NCBI GenBank assembly: GCA_900540085.1
Contig: UQEU01000002.1
Span: 20,833-84,832, forward strand
Source: an uncultured Eubacteriales bacterium
Lineage (GTDB): Bacteria > Bacillota > Clostridia > Oscillospirales > Acutalibacteraceae
DNA length: 64,000 nt
Reading direction: 5' to 3'
Shown here: piece after piece, positions 38,701 through 45,685 of the stretch
Numbering within the stretch: position 1 is the first letter of the stretch
Layout: each line of letters begins with the position of its first letter
Made by a program: the position numbers and the translations under genes
The notes under the pieces: generated by a model
What the model saw: only the letters and a program-made list of their open reading frames with translations
Databases searched by the model: none
Told to the model about the DNA's origin: nothing

Positions 38701-41626
38701 TTTCTGTTGAATCTTCAATAAAAACAGTTTTATTTTTATTGTCATAAACATAGTCGGTATATGCACCGTTGTCATACTCATATGATGTTACTCTGCCGTC
38801 AGAATTATACTCTATCGACTTATCTGAACTTTTTTTCAAAAGTCCGTTTGAATATGAGTATTTACCGACGGTAACACCTTCTTGGTTTATAACCTCTGAA
38901 AGATTGTTGTTATTGTCATATTCATATTTAATCGTATTGCCTGCGGGGTCTGTAACAGATACTATATTTTTATTTAAATCAAGCGCTAAAACATATTTTC
39001 GTTCAGAACCGTCAGAAATTGTTATTGAAGACTCTTCTCGTGCTATTAATATAGAATCTCCGTACTTACTTTCGACGGACTCAAGTACACCTTCAGAATT
39101 ATAGATATAATTAGTATTTCCAATTTGAATAATATACCCATTTTCACTGACATTGAGTATATAACCGTTTTTATTATCTGTATATACTCCTACGGAAGAT
39201 TTTAAAAACCGGACTCTCATTCCGTTAGTCAAAACAGCAGTATAAATATAATCGCTTTCCTTTGAAACAGTGCTGTCCGTTGAAAAGAACCATTTTTTGT
39301 TTACACTGCTATACTCTCTGACAAAATCAAATGAAACCGTTTTATATTTCATTGAAAAATCAATTGAATTTTCTTTATACTCTCCCAATCGTGAACTGTC
39401 AGGAGTGATTTTTTTACTTACAATTTCATCACTGTCTTCAAATTTAGCATATACAATGCTTTCCTGATAAAGCGGCAATGCAAACGGAACAGTATATTTC
39501 TGCCATTCACCGTTTTCACCTATTTTATACAGTAAATTGTCATCATTATTTCTCGGATTAATTATACCTGTAAGACAACCGTCTGTATATAATTCGGGCT
39601 TTAAGAAATATGATTCATCAGGAGCTATTTTATTAATATCAATTTGAACAGGTTTGGAAATATTACCCGCATTATCTCTTGCATAGATATATACAGTTTG
39701 ATTTTCCGAAAATGTTTTTGTATTTTCAGACTGCCAAGAATAAGCACCCTCAGTACTTGAAAAACTGTAATCTTTAATTCCCGATTCAGAATCGCTTGAG
39801 CTTGCCGTCAGAGTTACTTTATCCATAGTCCATTTTGTCGGATTGCCTGTAACGGACGAAACTGACGGTGCGGTTTTATCTATTTTATTTATTGTTTGTG
39901 TTGAAACAAGACGGATATTTCCCATAGCGTCGCGCACATAAACATAAACAGTACAGTTTGATGAAAATGTTTTGCTGTTGGCTGATTGCCAACTATATGA
40001 ACCTTTTGTTGTTGAAAAAGAATACGGAGAAGAATGAAGTCCTGAACCGCCGTTGTTATCTTTCGCTCCGTTAACTGTCAGAGTAACATTATTTTGTGTC
40101 CAATTTGAAATATTGCCTGTTACACTTGTTACTGTAGGCGCAGTTGTATCATTTGTATAATTAATTACGGTATATGGACGCATTGCAGATGAAGAATATT
40201 GACGGGAAGTAAAAGCACGCCAATTATAGTTTCCGTCAGTTTCTTCTGAACTTTCAAAACAAAAGCCATAGTTTTTATTTGTTCCGTCAGCCCATTTTTG
40301 CACCATATTTGTAATATTAAATTTATACCAATACTTATTATCAGGGTCATCCGTAGATTTACTGTTTATTGTTCTTGTAGTTCCTTTTACAGAGTTATAT
40401 GTAGGTCTTGTTTTCCAAGTAACTTCACCCTCGTACCAAGCGCTTGTTACCATATGAGGCGTAACTTTTGTTGTTGTAGTTCTGCCTGTCGTTTCTCTCT
40501 GCCATGAATAAGCACTGTTTATTACAGCACCTTTTTTAATTTCACTCGGCATAGTAAACTGATTTAATACTCTGCCGTAGCCGTACTCGGAAGCTCGTCC
40601 GAAACAACAAGTTTCTTCTTTGCCGTAACATATAGACGCACTTGTACTTTTATTGTATATACCTGCGTCTCTGTAATTGCCTAATTGACTTGTAGTAGGG
40701 TCAATGACTACGGGGTATTTTGTGCTGTCGCTCGTAAACCATTCATTAGGAACGGTTATTGTCATTATATAAGATGTTTCATCTTTATCTATGAGAGAGT
40801 ATTCACAATCAACATAATGTGAATTTAAATCTCCCTCTACATATTCGCTGTCGTAAGCGAACGGAGCGGTAAAGGTCTGAATAACGGTATCATCATTATT
40901 AATGATAGAAATAGTGCCGTCTTCATTGAGTTTAGCCGTACAATTGTTTGTTTTTAATTCAAATGAAAATGAGTTTTTATTAATATTTCGATTAAGCACA
41001 ATTTCATCTTTAAGACCGTTTAATTGAGGATAAAATCGCAAATTTGTTCCTTCACCGTAAATATTTTCATATTGAAAAACTTCAAATTTTTCGTTTGAAA
41101 ATTCTGCTACAGATTCAGTACCCTCTGCTTTTGTATCGGAATAAGGGACAATAGAATAAGAATAATTACCGATTACTGCTTCTATCCCCTTTGAAGAATC
41201 TTTTGAAAAATTTATCCTGTAATCGTTTTGTCCGTTTGTGTAATCATAGCCATTATCTTTTAGTTTTTTATCGGTCTGTTTTTCAACAGATATATCCTTT
41301 GTCTTGAGATTTCCGTTATCGTCAACAAAGGAAATCGGCTCTGAAAACAGATATACGGTATTTGAACCGTCTCGGTTTTCAAGATTTATTGTATGGTCAT
41401 CTGCAAGCATAGCATTTTTGTCAACTGCTGCTGCACCTTCGGTATCAACAATTTCCGAAGCATATGCAGAAAGCATAGACTGAATACCAAGCCATTCTTG
41501 AAGTCTTGAGCTTCCGACTGTCAGTGTTACTATCGTTCCGAAGCCGATAATTACAGCAAGAATGACCGATAGAATCTTTTTCCACGGTTTGTGATTTGTT
41601 GAATTTAATTCATAAAAATCTTCCAT
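35753..41626 (-). CDS. RHS/YD-repeat polymorphic toxin (WapA-like), 1957 aa. N-terminal TM anchor, two tandem Ig-like domains, YD repeats, RHS core ending ...NDPINFIDPTGF, then an uncharacterised C-terminal domain of about 215 aa.
   Basis: Many YD repeats (for example YxYDxxGRL-like: YTYNDRGSL, YQYDEKFNL, YEYDERGNI). RHS-repeat-associated core (YYLQSRYYDPNICRFINADI) and a DPxG cleavage-type motif. RBS AGGAGA 8 nt upstream of the ATG at 41626. Confidence 0.9.
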   Translation of the reverse strand: MEDFYELNSTNHKPWKKILSVILAVIIGFGTIVTLTVGSSRLQEWLGIQSMLSAYASEIVDTEGAAAVDKNAMLADDHTINLENRDGSNTVYLFSEPISFVDDNGNLKTKDISVEKQTDKKLKDNGYDYTNGQNDYRINFSKDSSKGIEAVIGNYSYSIVPYSDTKAEGTESVAEFSNEKFEVFQYENIYGEGTNLRFYPQLNGLKDEIVLNRNINKNSFSFELKTNNCTAKLNEDGTISIINNDDTVIQTFTAPFAYDSEYVEGDLNSHYVDCEYSLIDKDETSYIMTITVPNEWFTSDSTKYPVVIDPTTSQLGNYRDAGIYNKSTSASICYGKEETCCFGRASEYGYGRVLNQFTMPSEIKKGAVINSAYSWQRETTGRTTTTKVTPHMVTSAWYEGEVTWKTRPTYNSVKGTTRTINSKSTDDPDNKYWYKFNITNMVQKWADGTNKNYGFCFESSEETDGNYNWRAFTSRQYSSSAMRPYTVINYTNDTTAPTVTSVTGNISNWTQNNVTLTVNGAKDNNGGSGLHSSPYSFSTTKGSYSWQSANSKTFSSNCTVYVYVRDAMGNIRLVSTQTINKIDKTAPSVSSVTGNPTKWTMDKVTLTASSSDSESGIKDYSFSSTEGAYSWQSENTKTFSENQTVYIYARDNAGNISKPVQIDINKIAPDESYFLKPELYTDGCLTGIINPRNNDDNLLYKIGENGEWQKYTVPFALPLYQESIVYAKFEDSDEIVSKKITPDSSRLGEYKENSIDFSMKYKTVSFDFVREYSSVNKKWFFSTDSTVSKESDYIYTAVLTNGMRVRFLKSSVGVYTDNKNGYILNVSENGYIIQIGNTNYIYNSEGVLESVESKYGDSILIAREESSITISDGSERKYVLALDLNKNIVSVTDPAGNTIKYEYDNNNNLSEVINQEGVTVGKYSYSNGLLKKSSDKSIEYNSDGRVTSYEYDNGAYTDYVYDNKNKTVFIEDSTEKTVLYSYNDALNIVSSVDEKGNKTEYQYDEFNRLVLYKTTDDEVSYKYDSNNNLISEVHSNDNEEDLYYSYDENDKLIRQQTGNNYTYSVYNDNNELIISATLKENYSGRIPAVYDSSLTCFDTISYTYDNGLLTKTVDSKTDKTVSYSYDEYGNVVNIATLTAKNSDSSSVSKVDYTYNILGNVLTSMNGDNKSEYIYDKANNIVFSNENGEISRTVYDEYGRVVQYITTEDYDKTKDGLPESNTYSDKNAGVTYSYNSNGTVAKVKNRLGKVTEYTYNDRGSLELAEFDIYKFHYINHGEVSKIDIGGKTAVTYQYDEKFNLIAEKYSNGGSRTYEYLEGKVSRQYFDGNEKDDVTYEYNSDGSLAAKTISLLNYFYSCTEKLYGEGINGSQEIAHLVFVTKSNKDKNIPDDITSLHFGQVYHIVHGENSIVFSRDIINNDSTETNNSSNSSKSFEYNFEHDENENNVLGRIKSNVTFTSHNKIDEEGNIVNRYYENLSKKYSFETVYDKDNKLVSINSKYGDLDYIENYTYDEKGQLIKSNGTINCEYEYDERGNIVSKSVNGEKSDFAYSQDGWKDRLLSVNGVPITYDDMGNPVSYANRQFKWKVGRYLSELTDGENKYSYNYDDNGMRILKDINGVKTFYNYEQGKLISQKDSNGNSIYFQYAENGTPLGLVYNHIQYYYITNQLGDIVALADEDGKIVCEYVYGDWGEILDITGDLEIAEANPLRYRGYYYDNETGYYYLQSRYYDPNICRFINADILSLVSIDTLLGINIFIYCQNDPINFIDPTGFYKTTNWFEAALRGLCVAIEIDTFTNIFEHIIKLVDKTFNFNEWFDGLESASKKFMENATLFFTTAFNHLFSSGFDLILNNSFTDIVHNFIDNPKDEFMDIIKKFKPNFEKTNIAPFIGLIIDMVSINDDYVEGIYNDWQSFTLSFTNAIVSLVNIFIPDIPGVYNFIADVAIFIMEVSIRFVNHDYI
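39640..40150 (-). repeat. Tandem duplication encoding two Ig-like (Big/He_PIG-type) domains inside the RHS protein
   Basis: Protein segments TAPTVTSVTGNISNWTQNNVTLTVNGAKDNNGGSGLHSSPYSFSTTKGSYSWQSANSKTFSSNCTVYVYVRDAMGNI and TAPSVSSVTGNPTKWTMDKVTLTASSSDSESGIKDYSFSSTEGAYSWQSENTKTFSENQTVYIYARDNAGNI align residue by residue. Confidence 0.6.
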
Positions 41627-41746
41627 TTGTTCCGTCTCCTATAATAAAGTAATTATTATTGTTATTCTATGTAAACATATATTACACAGAACAGCATATT
41701 TTAGATTGATATACTCTTTACTATAAGTCTTGAGTCTTTATTAAAA

Positions 41747-41798
41747 ATTTTAATAAATAAGAAGACGGTAATTCAACAAAAAAACAAAACTATGCTAT
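41747..41798 (-). promoter_or_regulatory. Putative rhs promoter (-35 TTGAAT, 18 nt, -10 TAAAAT on the minus strand) with an abutting 17-bp motif ATAGCATAGTTTTGTTT that is also found at the agrB-peptide promoter
   Basis: Minus-strand reading: ...tcgtttttATAGCATAGTTTTGTTTttttgTTGAATtaccgtcttcttatttatTAAAATtttt... The motif is at 41782-41798, the -35 at 41771-41776, and the -10 at 41747-41752. Confidence 0.4.
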
Positions 41799-41835
41799 AA
41801 AAACGACAAAAAAAGCAGGGTACCTGAGGTAAAAA

Positions 41836-43131
41836 TTAAATTTTAAGAAACAGAATTGTTAAATGAAATTTATGTTCTGTATCATTATAAGACCATTCAT
41901 ATTTGCCATTGTTCTTTTTTGCATATTTTTTTATTATTTTTGTACCAAATCCATGGTTACTTTTATCAAATTTTGTTGTAAGTAATTGTTTGCCGGTATG
42001 TTTTGGCGGAAAATCACAGGAATTTACAACATTCAGCAAATCCATATTATTAATATGCCTTAATGAAAATTCAATACTTTTTTCTTTGCTTGATTTTGCA
42101 GCGTCAACAGCATTATCAAGAATGTTGTTAAGAAGTATAGATAATTCAGAATTATCTATATAATCTAAATTTGCAGTTTTTACTTCATAGTCAAATTTAA
42201 TATTATTATTTTTGCAAACAACTATATATTTGCTGATAATTAAATCAAGCATTTTGTTGTTGGATATATTTATAATATTCCTGTTTTGAAATTCAGGATA
42301 AATCTTTTTTATATACGCTTTTACTTCATCTATATTATCAAAACTGCCGATGGTAAGATAGTGATTTTTCGTATCGTGAAACATCATCTGCAATTCGTTG
42401 TTTTGATGTTGTAAAACATCGAGATATGTTTGATTTAAATTATACAGTCTTTTTTCGGACTCCAGCTCATTTATTTTTTCTTCGCGATTGGCAAGTATTT
42501 GGTAATATATAAAAATAAATATACTTGCAATAATATATAGAATACAAACAGCTGTCGTTGCAATTTTGTATGATGTTGATACTTCAAATTCTAATGCAAT
42601 AAATAAAAATATTGTACAGGATAAAATAGTTAATACAGGAAATATAAACAGTGGCAGAAATTGCTTTATTTTATTATTTTTATGTCCTATTTTTATTATT
42701 ATCAATGATAATAATTGAGATAAAATAAAATATACTAATTTACATATTAATACAACGATTATAAGAATATGGACATCATCTTTATATTTATTTGTCGGAA
42801 GTTCAAAAATTGCAGAAAGTTGAAAAATAGTAATTATTTCAGTAGAAAACATAAGAGTATCAAGAATAATGCTTTGAATTGCGGCATTTTTAACTGAAAT
42901 ATCAAAACATAACAGGGCAAATATAAAATTTATTGCAAAAAATACAATTAAATTAATTATTTCATTTTCAAAAAGACTGAATATACATGAACTTGGCAAA
43001 AACAATAATAATCCTATTAAAATAATAAGGAAATTTGGCTTTTGCTTTTTTTCATATATTCTTGTAAAAAAGCAAAACGATATTATCATTTCAAAAAAAT
43101 AAACAAACATCATTACTATAAGTCTTGACAT
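41836..43131 (-). CDS. Sensor histidine kinase, HPK10 (AgrC/ComD-like) subfamily, polytopic N-terminal sensor domain
   Basis: 431 aa. Six or seven N-terminal TM helices. H-box MMFHDTKNHYL. N-box LLNNILDNAVDAA. G-box region HGFGTKIIKKYAKKNNG. ATG overlaps the response-regulator stop (TAATG). Confidence 0.85.
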   Translation of the reverse strand: MSRLIVMMFVYFFEMIISFCFFTRIYEKKQKPNFLIILIGLLLFLPSSCIFSLFENEIINLIVFFAINFIFALLCFDISVKNAAIQSIILDTLMFSTEIITIFQLSAIFELPTNKYKDDVHILIIVVLICKLVYFILSQLLSLIIIKIGHKNNKIKQFLPLFIFPVLTILSCTIFLFIALEFEVSTSYKIATTAVCILYIIASIFIFIYYQILANREEKINELESEKRLYNLNQTYLDVLQHQNNELQMMFHDTKNHYLTIGSFDNIDEVKAYIKKIYPEFQNRNIINISNNKMLDLIISKYIVVCKNNNIKFDYEVKTANLDYIDNSELSILLNNILDNAVDAAKSSKEKSIEFSLRHINNMDLLNVVNSCDFPPKHTGKQLLTTKFDKSNHGFGTKIIKKYAKKNNGKYEWSYNDTEHKFHLTILFLKI

Positions 43132-43844
43132 TATTTACCCTCCATAAAATGCATAAACTTTTGATAAAAATCTGTTTGTCTGTTTCTTGCAATATTTATT
43201 TCATATTTATTGTCAAGAATAATACGCTTTCTTTCATACGATGTGACATAGTTAAAATTTATAATATAACTTTTATGCGGAGATATAAATATCGTGCTCG
43301 CAAGATTATCTTTCCAAAAGTTCATATTATGGTCGGAATGGTATTCTTTATTACAAGTAACAATTTTTGTTTTGCGCTTTTCAATTTCTACAAATATTAT
43401 GTCTTGTGCAGAAATCCGTTCCACCATTCTATTATCCTTTACATAAAAACTGATTGTTGAATTATCAATCCTTTTTATTGCGTCACTCAATCCTCTGTAA
43501 AATCTTTGTGAATCAAGCGGCTTTTCAAAAAAACGAACGGCATTAAGATTTAAAGCATCATCAAGATATTTTTTGTGAGCAGTAACATAAATCAGAATAA
43601 TGTGCGGATTTCTTTTCCTTAATTCTTCGCCGAGTTTTATACCGTTCATATTATCCATTTCGACATCGAGTATCGCAATATCATAATTCATATTACTCGA
43701 GAGCATATCTGACGAATCGCTAAATACACTTTTTTCAAAATCTATATTATTATCTATTGAAAAGAAATCCAAATGCTCAATTATGTTGTTAATATATATT
43801 TGTTCGTCATCACATATTGCGACTTTCAGAATAATCACCACCAA
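43131..43844 (-). CDS. Response regulator, receiver plus LytTR DNA-binding domain (AgrA/ComE-like)
   Basis: Receiver motifs (VAICDDE ... ILDVEM ... KLGEELR) and C-terminal LytTR pattern (...FFEKPLDSQRFYRG ... ISPHKSYIINFNYV). Confidence 0.85.
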   Translation of the reverse strand: MVVIILKVAICDDEQIYINNIIEHLDFFSIDNNIDFEKSVFSDSSDMLSSNMNYDIAILDVEMDNMNGIKLGEELRKRNPHIILIYVTAHKKYLDDALNLNAVRFFEKPLDSQRFYRGLSDAIKRIDNSTISFYVKDNRMVERISAQDIIFVEIEKRKTKIVTCNKEYHSDHNMNFWKDNLASTIFISPHKSYIINFNYVTSYERKRIILDNKYEINIARNRQTDFYQKFMHFMEGK

Positions 43845-43876
43845 AAAATAAAGTCAATAGGCAACGCCTATTGACA
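43841..43876 (-). terminator. Rho-independent terminator downstream of the XRE gene, upstream of the RR-HK operon
   Basis: Perfect 10-bp stem GTCAATAGGC-aac-GCCTATTGAC, with a T-run on the minus strand. Confidence 0.65.
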
Positions 43877-43910
43877 AAATAATAACATATAGTCTTAATA
43901 AATACAAATT

Positions 43911-44240
43911 CTATTTTTCCTTGAAATCTATCAATGTGTGTGCAACAGATTCTAAAATAGCTATATCTTTATCAGTACATAAATTCAACAAATCTATTAA
44001 ATTATCTTTAGAATTATCTCTGATATTTCCATAAAGAATATAATCTAATCTTGTGTCCAATCCATCACAAATTGTAATAAGAGTGTTTAAACTATATGAG
44101 CCACCATTTTCAACAGTAGAAATATGAGTTGGTGATATATGTATTTTTTTACCTAAACTTTCCTGTGTCAAATGTTGTTCTTTTCTTAATTTAACAATAT
44201 GGCTGCCAATTTTTGTTGTATTGATTTTTATATTACCCAT
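43911..44240 (-). CDS. XRE-family HTH transcriptional regulator
   Basis: HTH_3 (IVKLRKEQHLTQESLGKKIHISPTHISTVENG). The start at MGNIK, downstream of the track ATG, is preferred. Confidence 0.7.
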   Translation of the reverse strand: MGNIKINTTKIGSHIVKLRKEQHLTQESLGKKIHISPTHISTVENGGSYSLNTLITICDGLDTRLDYILYGNIRDNSKDNLIDLLNLCTDKDIAILESVAHTLIDFKEK

Positions 44241-44383
44241 GACATCACCCACAAAAATTATACCATCATACAATAAAAATGTTCTCCTACAATATAGTAT
44301 AACCACTAAAACAGATTGTAATTACAAACTAATTTCAAAGTTTTACTAATTATCAAAATAAATATATTATAAATGCCTTAAAA

Positions 44384-44435
44384 ATAGCATAGTTTTGTTT
44401 CAGATATTGATTCCCGAAAAACTATGCAATATAAT
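44384..44435 (+). promoter_or_regulatory. Promoter of the peptide-agrB operon (-35 TTGATT 44407-44412, 17 nt, -10 TATAAT 44430-44435), preceded by the 17-bp motif ATAGCATAGTTTTGTTT (44384-44400). An inverted partial copy (CTATGCAAT) lies in the spacer.
   Basis: Sequence: aaaaATAGCATAGTTTTGTTTcagataTTGATTcccgaaaaaCTATGCAATATAATtg. The motif is identical to the one next to the rhs -35. Confidence 0.45.
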
Positions 44436-44489
44436 TGTTACAGTTATGGTTAATATTAGTTTTCTGATTAAAAGAAAGGAGTAATTTCT

Positions 44490-44637
44490 ATGAAAAATAT
44501 TAGTTTGAAAAACATATTAAAAAGTGTTGTTATGCTTTCGGTCAAGAACAGTGCAAACAGTACGACAAGCGGAACTGTATATCAACCAAAGGCACCTGTT
44601 GCTTTGAAGAAATTCAGCAAGATTGAGAATGGTAAAT
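44490..44637 (+). CDS. 49-aa peptide, candidate secreted signalling-peptide precursor (AgrD-like position, but lacks Cys)
   Basis: Strong RBS AAAGGAGT 7 nt upstream. MKNISLKNILKSVVMLSVKNSANSTTSGTVYQPKAPVALKKFSKIENGK. The stop overlaps the agrB start by 15 nt. Confidence 0.4.
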
Positions 44638-45213
44638 AAATTATCAACTTATTTTACTGAAAAAATGATTTCAAACGGAACAATAAGTGACAAAGATAAA
44701 GAATTATATATATATGGTTTGTTTATGTTTTTGTCACAACTTATGTTTTTTATTATAGCCTGTATATTCGGTTTTTTATTAAACTGTATTATTGAAAGTA
44801 TTATTTTCTATATTGCATTTCAGTTCATAAGAAAATATGCCGGCGGCTATCACGCAGCAACCGAAACAAGATGCGAAATACTATCAACTCTGTCAATATT
44901 AGCTTGTATTGTTGTAATCAGGTTGTCAAAAACTTATGATTTTCAGACTGTTCTGCTTATTATCAGTGCAGTATCGTCAGTCTGTATATTTGTCTTTTGT
45001 CCGCTTGATACACCTGAAAAGCCCTTATCGAAAAAAGAGTTCAAATATTTCCGTAAAGTTTCTTGGGTTATATTACTTGTGATAAGCATAAATATTATCG
45101 TTTCGTATTTTTTCAAATTTCAAATGGTGCTTGTTCCTTGCTGTTTAAGTTTAATTCTTGAAAGCGTACTGATTGTTGCCGGAAAAATAAAAAAAATTAA
45201 AATATCTTATTAA
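44623..45213 (+). CDS. agrB: AgrB-family membrane peptidase (accessory gene regulator B homolog)
   Basis: 196 aa, 5-6 TM helices. The conserved AgrB catalytic region FQFIRKYAGGYHAATETRCEILS has His and Cys spaced as in S. aureus AgrB H77/C84. Confidence 0.75.
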   Translation: MRMVNKLSTYFTEKMISNGTISDKDKELYIYGLFMFLSQLMFFIIACIFGFLLNCIIESIIFYIAFQFIRKYAGGYHAATETRCEILSTLSILACIVVIRLSKTYDFQTVLLIISAVSSVCIFVFCPLDTPEKPLSKKEFKYFRKVSWVILLVISINIIVSYFFKFQMVLVPCCLSLILESVLIVAGKIKKIKISY

Positions 45214-45243
45214 AAGCAAATTTCATCTAAAGGAATAAAGACT

Positions 45244-45438
45244 ATGAATAACAGCGATTCTTATAGAATTGCAATGCAGGTTACGGAAACCGTTATTTTT
45301 AAAAAAGTGAAGTTGGTTTTTTCGATTTGCCCAAGGTGTAATAAATATCTCGACAGAGAATATATGGTCTTTTGCAGTAACTGCGGTCAAAAATTATCTT
45401 GGAAAGACTTTAACAAAACAAAAATTATATATAAATAA
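45244..45438 (+). CDS. Zinc-ribbon miniprotein (CPRC...CSNC)
   Basis: 64 aa with two CxxC pairs, immediately downstream of agrB. Confidence 0.35.
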   Translation: MNNSDSYRIAMQVTETVIFKKVKLVFSICPRCNKYLDREYMVFCSNCGQKLSWKDFNKTKIIYK

Positions 45439-45576
45439 TTTGACCTGATGATTTTTTTCGTCAGGCTCTTTTTTGTTCTGACTGATGTTGAAACAGATAA
45501 CAACTATAAGAAATCCGACAAAAATCCTCAGCAAAATAACAGAGGATTTGCAATATATTAAATTTTTGTTTTCTAT

Positions 45577-45612
45577 TTACCTATTGACAAGGTAGGTAAA
45601 TAGTGATAGAAT
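45577..45612 (+). promoter_or_regulatory. nifS promoter (-35 TTGACA 45584-45589, 17 nt, -10 TAGAAT 45607-45612) embedded in an inverted repeat TTTACCTA-n8-TAGGTAAA. Candidate Rrf2 operator.
   Basis: Sequence: tttacctattgacaaggtaggtaaatagtgatagaat. A third TAGGTAA half-site is at 45640-45650. Confidence 0.45.
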
Positions 45613-45685
45613 AGCATTTGAAAAAACAGCCTACTTAAATGGTAGGTAATACAAGTTCTATTGAAATCAGACAAGAGGTAGATAT

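Noticed and set aside
44490-44637. Calling the 49-aa peptide a bona fide AgrD
   Set aside because: It has no cysteine and no acidic C-terminal recognition tail, so classical thiolactone AIP formation is not supported. It is kept only as a candidate signalling peptide.
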